A stretch of 64,000 bases of DNA from Bacteroidota bacterium (GTDB lineage: Bacteria > Bacteroidota > Bacteroidia > Chitinophagales > CAMDFR01), in NCBI GenBank assembly GCA_037130135.1, contig JBAXTO010000001.1, forward strand, positions 479,608 to 543,607, written 5' to 3'. Made by a program: the position numbers and the translations under genes. The notes beneath the pieces are model-generated. The model was not told where the DNA came from. It was given only the letters and a program-made list of their open reading frames with translations, and did not search any database. This document shows positions 9,237-18,730 of this stretch, piece by piece (the first letter of the stretch is position 1; the number at the start of each line of letters is the position of its first letter).

Positions 9237-10967
9237 TTATTTGCAGTATTTTTTGATAGCAAGATTGGCTTGAGTATAGCCTAATTCTACTGCTTTTAAT
9301 AAATCAATACATGAATTATAAAATTCGCCTTCATTTATTCTAGCCATTCCACGTTGGTAGTAAACGTATGCATCTTCAGCATTGGTTTCTATGAACTTAT
9401 TACAATCTTCTATAGTGCCTTTATAATCTCCGATTGCCAATCTGGCTTCTGCTCGTGCTTTGTATGCAGGCGAAAAAAAAGCATTCAATTCAATAACAGA
9501 GGTCAAATCTGCAATAGCTTGTTTGTAATTTTTCTTTAAAATATAGATAGATGCTCTTCCACCTAATGCTAATACATACTGTGAGTCTAACTGAATAGCT
9601 TTATTAAAGTCTGTAAATGATTTAGAAAGTTCATTCATTTTCAAATAGTTTGAACCTCTATTATAGTATAATATAGGCATAGATTTATTTGTGATGATTG
9701 CTTTATCGTATTCTTTTACCGCTTTGTCATAATAATTAAAGGTCGCATACATATCTGCCAACATAATATATGCTTCAGTATAATTAGGGTTTAAGTGCAA
9801 GGATTTATTCAAATAATTTTGAGCAGTAGAATAATCTTTGGCATCTATAGCTTTCATGGCTCTAATTAATAAGAAACTACTTTTTTGCAGATCAGTTTCT
9901 TTAATCACGTCACCAATTTTGTATTTAATTTTTGACTTATTATTTTGGATTTTATCTATAGTATTTAAATCAATACTATCGTTCATCGTTTGAAGATCGC
10001 GCTTTTCTGCATTACTTATAAGTGCGTTCTTTTTATGTTGCGATCTACTCACTTGAGTTATTTTGTTAATTCTTACTAGATTTTTATGCGATTTAGTCAC
10101 GTCAGTCGACACTCTATCATTACTAACTGCCTGATGCTTAGTTACTATCATCGACTCTTTACTTTGCTTAACAATCTTAGGTTTTACTGGGTTATTATCT
10201 GTTTTTTTGCCAGTAGTTTCATATTCATTAGTAACTGATACATATATATCTTTTGCATGTAGACTATTATATGTATTTAAGCTGTCTTGATTTCGTATAT
10301 TATTGTAAGTCTCATATACTTCCTCATTCATCGAATTGATAGTTAATTGCTTTTCTTCATTTTCTATAATTAAAAAATCCAGATGTTTATTGATACTATC
10401 TTTTTGTGCCAAATCTATTTTAAAAGCTTTAATAGAATCTTCTTGTTGCTTAATTAATTGATCTATCAATATGATACTATCATTAGAGCTTACTATTCTT
10501 TCTTTTTTTTTATCTAATTCAACATATATTAAAAATAAGCTATCTTCTTTATGTTGTAGAATTGCTTTATGGTTAATAATTGAATCGGCAAAAGATAATT
10601 TAGGTTCTGTTTTAACAATATTCGAAAGCTCTGGCTTTGCTTCTTTGTTGAGCGTATCATTCAATGTTTGCTGAACAACTCTATTTACAAGTTTAGGTAT
10701 TTTTATTTTATTACCGATATTCAGTTTAAAATCAGTACTATTTTTATAGCCATTTATTCTACATAAAAAACCTAGAGTAATGGCATTTCGGGAAGCAATG
10801 GTAGTTAAATTGTCTCCACTTTTAATTATATAAAAACTTATGACAGTATCACATACCACTTTATTCTGAGCAGTTATTTTTTGCGTAGTAAACAAGAAAC
10901 AAAAAATAATACTCAATCGTACTAGAGATAGTGATTTGAACTTTAAAGTTTGTAATAACTGAATCAT
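9237..10967 (-). CDS. LysM domain / coiled-coil / TPR-repeat protein with N-terminal signal-anchor
   Basis: LysM-like segment YIIKSGDNLTTIASRN...NIGNKIKIP. The C-terminal ~200 aa contain TPR-like repeats (AxxYLNKSLHLNPNYTEAY..., YDKAIITNKS..., FNKAIQLDSQY...). Confidence 0.7.
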   Translation of the reverse strand: MIQLLQTLKFKSLSLVRLSIIFCFLFTTQKITAQNKVVCDTVISFYIIKSGDNLTTIASRNAITLGFLCRINGYKNSTDFKLNIGNKIKIPKLVNRVVQQTLNDTLNKEAKPELSNIVKTEPKLSFADSIINHKAILQHKEDSLFLIYVELDKKKERIVSSNDSIILIDQLIKQQEDSIKAFKIDLAQKDSINKHLDFLIIENEEKQLTINSMNEEVYETYNNIRNQDSLNTYNSLHAKDIYVSVTNEYETTGKKTDNNPVKPKIVKQSKESMIVTKHQAVSNDRVSTDVTKSHKNLVRINKITQVSRSQHKKNALISNAEKRDLQTMNDSIDLNTIDKIQNNKSKIKYKIGDVIKETDLQKSSFLLIRAMKAIDAKDYSTAQNYLNKSLHLNPNYTEAYIMLADMYATFNYYDKAVKEYDKAIITNKSMPILYYNRGSNYLKMNELSKSFTDFNKAIQLDSQYVLALGGRASIYILKKNYKQAIADLTSVIELNAFFSPAYKARAEARLAIGDYKGTIEDCNKFIETNAEDAYVYYQRGMARINEGEFYNSCIDLLKAVELGYTQANLAIKKYCK

Positions 10968-10990
10968 GAATCTACGAAACGTTTTCTAAA

Positions 10991-11278
10991 TTATTTTATA
11001 TAAATATCTTTAACAATTTCTGCTGCAAAAAATATATTTACTTTTTCAATCAGTTTGGCTTTATTATGCAATAACTCTTGTTTTAGTGCAGCAACATCCG
11101 TTTGAATGATCAATTGATTTTTTTGTAAGTACACAGCAATGGTATATTTCGCAATAGTAGTGCCTACAATTTCATGCCATTTAGTTTGCAATAAATTTTC
11201 ATATAAGCGCTCATCAAGCCTCCATTCTTTCATCGCATTTTTTAATGCTTGTCCTAAATGCACTTCATTATTTCTCAT
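10991..11278 (-). CDS. DUF721-like (DciA-like) small protein downstream of recF
   Basis: A 95-aa protein immediately downstream of recF, which is the conserved Bacteroidota position. The motif W..IVG..IA..T follows the family pattern. Confidence 0.6.
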   Translation of the reverse strand: MRNNEVHLGQALKNAMKEWRLDERLYENLLQTKWHEIVGTTIAKYTIAVYLQKNQLIIQTDVAALKQELLHNKAKLIEKVNIFFAAEIVKDIYIK

Positions 11279-11300
11279 TCTATATCAAAGTATAAAAGTA

Positions 11301-12431
11301 TCAATTATAATCTACTTCATTAACAGAAAGTTGATTAATTTCAAAAAACTTAATTTTAGTATACTTTTCCGCCTGCATTTTTCTTAAAATAGTTTCTATT
11401 CTTTTTCTATTAGTATCAGTAAATATTACTTGTGTAAAAAAATCTCGATTTAATAATAATTTGAGTAATTCTTCTGATCTAACTTCATCCAATTTATCAA
11501 ACAAATCATCTATTAATAGTATGATTTTATCTTTTTTACGATGAAAAAGGTATTTACATATAGCTAGTTTTAGCGATATAATAAATGTTTTTTGTTGTCC
11601 TTGTGAAGCAAATTTTTTGAGTGGATTGTTTTGAATCACTATTTTGATATCGTCTTTATGTATTCCTTTTGAGGTATATTCTAATATTTTGTCTTTTTCA
11701 AAACATTTTTGCAAAATATCATATAATAGTTCGCTATGTAAATCTGTATCATATACGAATGAAATAGACTCATTACGTTCTACTATAGCACTATAATATT
11801 CTTTAAAATAAATGCTAATTTCTTCTAAAAAAGCTTTTCTTTTCTGAAAAATATATCCTGCAAACTCTGAAAGTTGCTTATTGTAAATATCAAATAATTC
11901 ATTTGTAGTAGCTACATCTCTTTGTTCTCTATTTTTCAATAAGGCGTTACGCTGCTCTAATACTTTTTGATATTGAATAGCTTTTTCTAAATAGGTAGCA
12001 TCAATTTGACATAAAGCATTATCTATTAATTTACGACGCTCTTCACTATTTCCTTGTACAATTTTTTGTTCATCTGGCGCAATCATTACACATACGATAT
12101 GACCTATATGAGAAGAGTATTTTAAAATAGATTGACCATTATATTCAATCCTCTTTTTCTTGCCTTTTTGATAGTTAACCACCACCTTTTTTGATGAATC
12201 TTGCATTTGAACCATCGCTTCGGTTCTATAGAAATCGGTTTCATATTTGACCAAATCTGCATCTGGTATTAAAAGATAACTTTTGGCAAAACAGCTATTA
12301 TATATCGCATCTAATACGTTAGACTTCCCTTGTCCATTAGGTCCTACAATAAAATTAAAGCCATTTAATAGGTTAAATTCTTGTTCAGAGAAATTCTTAA
12401 AATTTGTTAGCTTTATTTTACTAATATACAT
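11301..12431 (-). CDS. recF: DNA replication and repair protein RecF
   Basis: MYISKIKLTNFKNF start, Walker A GPNGQGKSNVLDAI, and signature SQGQQKT plus LLIDD (Walker B). Confidence 0.92.
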   Translation of the reverse strand: MYISKIKLTNFKNFSEQEFNLLNGFNFIVGPNGQGKSNVLDAIYNSCFAKSYLLIPDADLVKYETDFYRTEAMVQMQDSSKKVVVNYQKGKKKRIEYNGQSILKYSSHIGHIVCVMIAPDEQKIVQGNSEERRKLIDNALCQIDATYLEKAIQYQKVLEQRNALLKNREQRDVATTNELFDIYNKQLSEFAGYIFQKRKAFLEEISIYFKEYYSAIVERNESISFVYDTDLHSELLYDILQKCFEKDKILEYTSKGIHKDDIKIVIQNNPLKKFASQGQQKTFIISLKLAICKYLFHRKKDKIILLIDDLFDKLDEVRSEELLKLLLNRDFFTQVIFTDTNRKRIETILRKMQAEKYTKIKFFEINQLSVNEVDYN

Positions 12432-12439
12432 TACCTTTG
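12432..12439 (+). promoter_or_regulatory. Candidate -7 box (TAccTTTG) upstream of pdhA
   Basis: tacctttg matches TAnnTTTG. It lies 12 nt before ATG 12451 and 24 nt before the in-frame ATG 12463, so the pdhA start may be 12463. Confidence 0.35.
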
Positions 12440-12450
12440 TGGGCTAATTT

Positions 12451-13527
12451 ATGAAATGGCTTATGGCTACAAAAGTAATAAAAGACAACAATCAAACTAC
12501 GAAAGCTTCAAAAAGTAATGAAATTAATTACTTAACTGGTAAACCTTTCGATAAAGATCAATATTTATATTGGTATGAATTGGCCTATAAAATCAGACGT
12601 TTCGAAGAAATGTCGGGTATGTTATATGGACAACAAAAAATTCGTGGATTCTGCCATTTATATATTGGTCAAGAAGCATTAGCTGTAGGTACAGTTTCTG
12701 CTACTCGCCCACAAGATAATATGATTACTGCTTATAGAGATCATGGCTTAGGGATAGCAAAAGGGATTTCTTGTAATGAAGCAATGGCTGAATTATATGG
12801 CAAAGCAACCGGCTGTTCGAAAGGAAAAGGCGGTTCTATGCATTACTTCTCTAAAGAGCATAAATTCTTCGGAGGTCATGGTATTGTAGGTGCTCAAATT
12901 CCATTAGGTGCTGGTATTGCATTTGCCGATCAATATAGCGGCAATGATAATATCACTACTTGTTATTTTGGAGATGGCGCTGTTTGGCAAGGTGCTTTGC
13001 ATGAAACATTCAATTTAGCTTCTTTATGGAATTTACCTGTAATATTTATTTGCGAAAACAATGGATATGCTATGGGGACATCTATTAAAAGAAGTACGAG
13101 AGTAATTGATTTTTACAAACTAGGTGAAGTATACGATATTCAAAGCGAACAAGTAGATGGTATGAGCTGCGAAGCTGTTCATAACGCTATTGCTCGAAGT
13201 GCCGAAAGATGTAGAAAAGGAGAAGGACCTTGTTTCCTAGAAATTAAAACATATAGATATAAAGGTCACTCCATGTCTGATCCTCAAAAATATAGAAGTA
13301 AAGATGAGGTGGAAGAATATAAAAAATTAGACCCTATCGAACAATTACTTGCTACTATTAAGAAAAATAAATGGTTAAATGATGACCAAATTCAAGCTTT
13401 AAATGATAAAGTAGAAGCTGAAGTAGAAGCTAGTGTTCAATTTGCAGAAGAAAGTCCATTCCCAGATAATGCGGAATTATTAAAAGATATTTATGTAGAA
13501 GATAATTATCCTTTCTTAGTAGATTAA
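12451..13527 (+). CDS. pdhA: Pyruvate dehydrogenase (acetyl-transferring) E1 component, alpha subunit
   Basis: YRDHG, GKGGSMH, and the TPP-binding region GDGAVWQGALHETFNLASLWNLPVIFICENNGYAMGT. Alternative start at 12463. Confidence 0.9.
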   Translation: MKWLMATKVIKDNNQTTKASKSNEINYLTGKPFDKDQYLYWYELAYKIRRFEEMSGMLYGQQKIRGFCHLYIGQEALAVGTVSATRPQDNMITAYRDHGLGIAKGISCNEAMAELYGKATGCSKGKGGSMHYFSKEHKFFGGHGIVGAQIPLGAGIAFADQYSGNDNITTCYFGDGAVWQGALHETFNLASLWNLPVIFICENNGYAMGTSIKRSTRVIDFYKLGEVYDIQSEQVDGMSCEAVHNAIARSAERCRKGEGPCFLEIKTYRYKGHSMSDPQKYRSKDEVEEYKKLDPIEQLLATIKKNKWLNDDQIQALNDKVEAEVEASVQFAEESPFPDNAELLKDIYVEDNYPFLVD

Positions 13528-13572
13528 TAACCTTAATAAACATTTAAAATAAAATATAGAATACAATAAATT

Positions 13573-14259
13573 ATGACACAAGAAACAAATGCGTTAGAAT
13601 CTTTACAAACATTTTATGCTAAACTTGAAGATTTTTATAATAAGAACAAAAATTTAGTTTTAGGCGTATCCATTGGATTTATTGCCTTAGTAGGTATTTT
13701 GATTTATGGAAAATTGAAATGGTTACCTGAAAGAGAAGCTAGTGCGCAAAAAGCAATGTATATTTCTCAATTTTATTTCGAACAAGATTCTTTTAAAATT
13801 GCTTTAAATGGTGGTAGCCCAATGGCAGGTGCACTAGGATTTAAGAAAATTATCGAAAATTATAGTTTTACTGACGCTGCTAATGTTTCTAAATATTATG
13901 CTGGTATATGTGAAATTCATTTAGCTAAATTTGATGATGCTATTAAACATTTAGAAAGTTATAGCCCTAAAGATGATGTATTACGAGGAGAAACAAATTC
14001 TTTACTAGGGGATGCTTATTCAGAAAAAGGAAATTCAGATAAAGCATTAAACTATTATGCAAAATCTACAGAGTGTACTACTAATAAAATGATTGCTCCA
14101 ATCTTGTGTTTAAAAGCTGGTTTAGCTCACGAAAAATTCAATAAAAAAGAAGAGGCTTTAAAATTTTATAATAAAGTTAAAAATGAGTATCCGTTTAGTG
14201 AACAAGCTCAACAAATAGACAAATATATTTATAGAGTTACAGCATCTTTAACAAAATAA
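13573..14259 (+). CDS. Membrane-anchored TPR-like protein (YfgM-like)
   Basis: Single TM (LVLGVSIGFIALVGILIY) followed by TPR-like helices. Sitting upstream of ribH is the usual Flavobacteriia synteny. Confidence 0.6.
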   Translation: MTQETNALESLQTFYAKLEDFYNKNKNLVLGVSIGFIALVGILIYGKLKWLPEREASAQKAMYISQFYFEQDSFKIALNGGSPMAGALGFKKIIENYSFTDAANVSKYYAGICEIHLAKFDDAIKHLESYSPKDDVLRGETNSLLGDAYSEKGNSDKALNYYAKSTECTTNKMIAPILCLKAGLAHEKFNKKEEALKFYNKVKNEYPFSEQAQQIDKYIYRVTASLTK

Positions 14260-14282
14260 CTTATTAAATGTATCATAAAAAA

Positions 14283-14308
14283 AGCTGAGTATCAACTCAG
14301 CTTTTTTT
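14283..14308 (+). terminator. Rho-independent terminator after the TPR gene
   Basis: Perfect 8-bp stem agctgagt/actcagct, loop atca, followed by a T7 run. Confidence 0.8.
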
Positions 14309-14338
14309 ATAATTTCAATCCTTATAAACATAACAAAT

Positions 14339-14833
14339 ATGTCATCTAAACTAAAGAAATTAGGTTCTTCTAAAGAAATCATTACACAGAAAAATAACTT
14401 TAAAGTAGCCATTGTTGTTTCTGAATATTATTTTGATGAAATTAATAAACAACTTTTAAATGGCTGTTATGAAACATTAATCTATAATAAAATAAATCAC
14501 CAAAATATTTCTATTGAATACGTTCCTGGCGCATTTGAACTAACCAGTGGCGCACAATTAGTAGCTGAAAAATACAAACCTGATGCAGTTATTACTTTGG
14601 GTTGCGTAATTAAAGGAGATACCGATCACGATAAATATATTAATTCGGCAGTAGCAAATGGTTTAACTCAATTATCTATACAATATAAGAAACCATTTAT
14701 ATTTGGTTTACTAACTCCTAATTCGATGAAACAAGCCCAAGAACGAAGTGGTGGTAAAAAAGGGAATAAAGGAATCGAAGTAGCAGAGGCTTGCTTGAAA
14801 ATGTTATTACTTATAAAAAAACTACAAAAATAA
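14339..14833 (+). CDS. ribH: 6,7-dimethyl-8-ribityllumazine synthase
   Basis: FKVAIVVSEYYFDEINKQLLNGC, VPGAFEL, GCVIKGDTDHDKYI and FGLLT motifs. Length 164 aa. Confidence 0.92.
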   Translation: MSSKLKKLGSSKEIITQKNNFKVAIVVSEYYFDEINKQLLNGCYETLIYNKINHQNISIEYVPGAFELTSGAQLVAEKYKPDAVITLGCVIKGDTDHDKYINSAVANGLTQLSIQYKKPFIFGLLTPNSMKQAQERSGGKKGNKGIEVAEACLKMLLLIKKLQK

Positions 14834-15667
14834 ATGAAACTACATTCTATAGATACTGGCTATTTTAAGTTAGATGGTGGCGCTATGTTTGGCGTGGTTC
14901 CTAAAGTGATATGGAATAAATTAAATCCTTCAGACGATAAAAATTTATGTACTTGGGCCATGCGATGTTTACTCATTGAAGATAATAATCAGTTGATTTT
15001 AATTGATACCGGGATGGGTAATAAACAAGATGCTAAATTTTTTGGATACTACGAACCTTCTACAAAGCCTACTCTACAAGAAAGTATTGAAAACGCTGGA
15101 TATGCTTTAAGTGATATTACAGATGTAATACTTACTCATTTACATTTTGATCATTGCGGTGCGGCTATTTCTAAAAAAGACGATAAATTATATACCACAT
15201 TCCCGAATGCTACTTATTGGAGTAATGAAAAACACTGGGAAGCTGCTGTTAATCCAAATGCGCGTGAAAAAGCATCTTTTTTAAAAGAGAATATTCTACC
15301 TATTCAAGAAAGTGGACAATTGAAATTTGCAGATGAATCTACTGTTATTAATAGCAATATTCAATTAAAGCTAGTAAATGGACACACTGATTCGATGATC
15401 ATTCCGCACATTGCTTACAAAGGAAAAACTATAGTCTATATGGCCGATCTAATTGCGAGTCAAGCACATTTACCTATATCTTATGTGATGGCTTATGATA
15501 CGCAGCCTTTAATTACTTTGCAAGAGAAAGAGCTCTTTCTAAAAGAAGCGGTTGCAAAAGAACAGATCTTATTTTTTGAACATGATAAGTCAATCGAATG
15601 TTGTACAATTGAAATGACAGAACGAGGAATTCGTGCAAAAGACAGCTTTGATTTAGCTCAATTATAA
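14834..15667 (+). CDS. MBL-fold metallo-hydrolase
   Basis: HxHxDH motif (LTHLHFDHCG). The ATG directly abuts the ribH TAA stop. Confidence 0.85.
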   Translation: MKLHSIDTGYFKLDGGAMFGVVPKVIWNKLNPSDDKNLCTWAMRCLLIEDNNQLILIDTGMGNKQDAKFFGYYEPSTKPTLQESIENAGYALSDITDVILTHLHFDHCGAAISKKDDKLYTTFPNATYWSNEKHWEAAVNPNAREKASFLKENILPIQESGQLKFADESTVINSNIQLKLVNGHTDSMIIPHIAYKGKTIVYMADLIASQAHLPISYVMAYDTQPLITLQEKELFLKEAVAKEQILFFEHDKSIECCTIEMTERGIRAKDSFDLAQL

Positions 15668-15672
15668 ATAAA

Positions 15673-15699
15673 ATACCCACGAAATTCGCGGGTATTTTT
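15673..15699 (+). terminator. Rho-independent terminator between convergent genes
   Basis: Stem atacccacg/cgcgggtat (9 bp with 1 mismatch), 5-nt loop, then a T5 run. Confidence 0.55.
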
Positions 15700-15720
15700 C
15701 ATATTTATACTTATAAAATA

Positions 15721-16590
15721 TTATTTCGGGTTTCCATTCTCATCCATATTAGAACCATCTGTAGAACCATCTGTTGTAGTACCTTCAATAGAATCATTAC
15801 CATTGCCATTATTTCCATCTAAGTTATCATCAGTCGAAGTACCCTCATTTTCTGTACTAACTGTGGTAACTGGAACGGGATCCGGTTCTTTTTTAATTTG
15901 AATTTTATAACAAATTGCTCCTCTGCCAGCTTTTGTCGCTTCAACAGGCTCAAGAGAGTTTCTAATTTTTAAATTCTTTTGGGTCTCTAAAGCTGCTATG
16001 ACTGAAATATGCTGTTGTTCAGCAATAGCAAATTGAGATAGCATATAAAAAATAGAATCTTGCTTTGCTTTAACTATTGTTTGTGCTAATTTCAAAGTTA
16101 CTGCTGCTTCTTTTGATTTTATGGCGTTGGCGAATGCTTCGTTGGCATCTAAAACCATTTGATCATATAGCGCTTTTTTAGCATCTTTTTTAGTTTTTGA
16201 CATCGCACGTAAATCTAAAATAAATGGATTTAAAGCTTTTAAACTGATTTCAGAAAATATTTGTCCTTTATATGCAATTAAATCGAATTTTTCCATACAA
16301 TCACCTGCTGGCTTATTAACCAACTGTTGTATTTTTTCCAATCTAAATGCTACATATTTATCATATTTTTCTAAACTATCATTAGTGAATTTCTCATCTA
16401 ATGATTCAATATCTGCTGTAATATCTCGTAAATAAATTGACACATCTACATCTTGAATGGCTTCGCTCGTCTCATCAAAGTTTACCCCTTGCAATACATC
16501 TGTAGTGGCTGGGTCTGTTTGTGCGTAAATAAGTGAAGAGCTAAAAACGGTAAATAGTAATGCTAGAATTTGCCTGTTTAACTTTGTCAT
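15721..16590 (-). CDS. Secreted hypothetical protein, helical body with a D/N/G/T/E-rich acidic C-terminal tail
   Basis: Signal peptide MTKLNRQILALLFTVFSSSLIYAQ. The tail reads ...TENEGTSTDDNLDGNNGNGNDSIEGTTTDGSTDGSNMDENGNPK. I recognise no family. Confidence 0.5.
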   Translation of the reverse strand: MTKLNRQILALLFTVFSSSLIYAQTDPATTDVLQGVNFDETSEAIQDVDVSIYLRDITADIESLDEKFTNDSLEKYDKYVAFRLEKIQQLVNKPAGDCMEKFDLIAYKGQIFSEISLKALNPFILDLRAMSKTKKDAKKALYDQMVLDANEAFANAIKSKEAAVTLKLAQTIVKAKQDSIFYMLSQFAIAEQQHISVIAALETQKNLKIRNSLEPVEATKAGRGAICYKIQIKKEPDPVPVTTVSTENEGTSTDDNLDGNNGNGNDSIEGTTTDGSTDGSNMDENGNPK

Positions 16591-16722
16591 TAATAATTTT
16601 GGTTGGTTTTGGTAAAAACGTTTTTATGGTTAATTATATTATAGCATTAAATGCTAATATAAAAGTATAGTATTTTTTTTAAAAAACATACTTTTCACTC
16701 CTACGATAAAAAAAATAAAAGG

Positions 16723-18615
16723 TTACTTATTTACACTTGGCTTGTGAATAAATAGTAAAAAGATTACCAAAATAGCAATTAACAATTGTGCGCTTATAGA
16801 CTCTATGGTTGGATATATACCCAATAATTCAACTCTAAAATTGACTAATATCGAATGAATAGGTAGATGTCCTGTTTCTTGGAAGGAATGCGCAGCCTTA
16901 CCTATTAGTATAACAGAAAGTATACCTAAAACTATAGAAGATGCTTTTAATAATAATCTAATAGGAATGTTTTTAGTATAATTAATGAAAATATATGAGA
17001 TAATAATTACCACAAATAATGCTGCAATAACTCCACTAATAATAGATAAATGTATATTACTATCTGCTCCTTTCTGAGCTCCTAAAGCACTTAAAAATAA
17101 AACGCATTCAAAAACTTCCCTTCCCGTTACTATAAATGACAATAAAGCTAATCCTTTATAATTATTAGAATCAACTAAAGCTTTTATCTTCTCATTTACA
17201 AATGATTTCCATTTATTGATCTCTGTATGTTGATGCATCCAAAAACCTAAATATATAACTATAATGACAGCAATAAGTGAAACAACCCCTTCAAAAAACT
17301 CAATCTTATCCATGCCTATTTCTAAAAGTTTTTCGCTAAAAAACCAAGAAACACAACCAACTAATAATGCTGAAATCCAACCCGCATGTACCCAATATAA
17401 CGCTTTCTTTACTTTTAGCGTCTTAATTACATTAATAATAATAATCAAGATTAAGACTGCTTCTAGAGCTTCTCGAATAATAATAGAAAAGCTTAAAAAG
17501 AATGACCAGGTATTCGATTTCTTTTCTGAATCTAATAGTATTTTAATTTCTTCTATGACAGAATAACAACTAAAAATATCTGCTTGCAATTTACTATTGG
17601 GTACTTTTTTAGAAATATCCTTCCGTACCAACATCATTGCTTTTTCAATCTTATCTTTTAATAAAGGGTTTAGCGACTTAATTTGAAGCTCAATGGGCTC
17701 TATCCCCTGTAAATAAGCATTAATAGCTTCTTGTTCTGCTAAGGAATAATCTTTATTAATGTAGGCTTGGTAGGAAGCAGATAAACCATTCTTTGCTAAT
17801 AATAAAAAATTTTCTTTTTGTTTAGAGGGTGAGCCAAGTCGTATTGAAGCAATCTCTATCTCATTTGTATCTTTTATTTTTTGTGCAAGTTCCTGATCAG
17901 ATATTTTAGCTAATTCATCTAAAGAAATCTTATCTATATATTGATTAAAATTCTTTTGAATCGTTATAGAATCAGGTTTATTATGATACATGGATGTCAC
18001 AAAAAATGCTAGATCCCATACTTGTGCTTCTGTAAGTTGATCAAATTTAGGCATTGCTGTCCCTTCAATTCCTAATCGTATCGTATTAAATGCATGCAAA
18101 GGTGATATCGTTCTCATCCTTTCAATTTCATGTAAATTACGAGGAGGAGGATTTAATCCTACTCCATCTGGGCCATTACCATATCCTTCTGTTCCATGAC
18201 ATCTAGCGCAATTAGCTGAATAAATAATTTCAGCCTCAACTAAATTTGGCCAGTTTTTAGGATAAGTTATATATCCAGTCTGTTCAATTATCTTGTTTTT
18301 TGTATCAGAACAAACTTTTATAATATCATTTGACGATGCTTTCTGATTTACTAAAATCGGTATTTGATTTATCTGAGATAATAATTGTTGATTTGTATCC
18401 AGTTTTGCTTGTTTAAATTGCTCCGTAATTTTAGAAGCAAATTCTTTCATCTCTGTATATTCCTGATTATTTACAACATTATGATCTTTTACTGCGGATG
18501 GATAATCACTTGCTAAATAGTCAAGCAAATGAATTAATTGCTGTATTTTAGTATCGTTGGCTTGCGTTACAATACCGACCAATATAAGGACTGCTAAAAT
18601 TAGTTGCTTTTTCAA
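16723..18615 (-). CDS. Cytochrome c / FTR1-family iron permease fusion protein
   Basis: CARCH heme-c motif (18196..18210) with a downstream EGTAMPKF Met. The C-terminal polytopic domain carries two REXXE motifs (REALE about 17461..17475, REVFE about 17107..17121). The ORF track starts at TTG 18648, but that TTG lies inside a TAnnTTTG -7 box. The in-frame TTG 18615 gives MKKQLILAVLILVGIVTQA, a cleaner signal peptide. Confidence 0.8.
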   Translation of the reverse strand: MKKQLILAVLILVGIVTQANDTKIQQLIHLLDYLASDYPSAVKDHNVVNNQEYTEMKEFASKITEQFKQAKLDTNQQLLSQINQIPILVNQKASSNDIIKVCSDTKNKIIEQTGYITYPKNWPNLVEAEIIYSANCARCHGTEGYGNGPDGVGLNPPPRNLHEIERMRTISPLHAFNTIRLGIEGTAMPKFDQLTEAQVWDLAFFVTSMYHNKPDSITIQKNFNQYIDKISLDELAKISDQELAQKIKDTNEIEIASIRLGSPSKQKENFLLLAKNGLSASYQAYINKDYSLAEQEAINAYLQGIEPIELQIKSLNPLLKDKIEKAMMLVRKDISKKVPNSKLQADIFSCYSVIEEIKILLDSEKKSNTWSFFLSFSIIIREALEAVLILIIIINVIKTLKVKKALYWVHAGWISALLVGCVSWFFSEKLLEIGMDKIEFFEGVVSLIAVIIVIYLGFWMHQHTEINKWKSFVNEKIKALVDSNNYKGLALLSFIVTGREVFECVLFLSALGAQKGADSNIHLSIISGVIAALFVVIIISYIFINYTKNIPIRLLLKASSIVLGILSVILIGKAAHSFQETGHLPIHSILVNFRVELLGIYPTIESISAQLLIAILVIFLLFIHKPSVNK

Positions 18616-18645
18616 AAGCTTATTTAGAATTTGTATAAATAAGAG

Positions 18646-18653
18646 CAAATGTA
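18646..18653 (-). promoter_or_regulatory. Candidate -7 box (TAcaTTTG) for the cytochrome c/FTR1 gene
   Basis: The minus-strand sequence tacatttg sits between the upstream terminator hairpin and the coding region, about 30 nt before TTG 18615. Confidence 0.4.
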
Positions 18654-18676
18654 CTATTTTTTTTATACAAACAAAT

Positions 18677-18708
18677 AAAAAAAAAGCAAGATGGGTTTTC
18701 CATCTTGC
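18677..18708 (-). terminator. Rho-independent terminator after the giant surface-protein gene (bidirectional shape)
   Basis: Perfect 9-bp stem gcaagatgg/ccatcttgc, loop gtttt. It is flanked by an A9 run (a T-run on the minus strand) and T6 on the plus strand. Confidence 0.8.
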
Positions 18709-18730
18709 TTTTTTAAATGATAGTTTAAAT

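Noticed and set aside
14260-14338. A possible FMN riboswitch upstream of ribH.
   Set aside because: The interval is only 79 nt and is largely occupied by the upstream gene's terminator hairpin, which is too short for an FMN aptamer.
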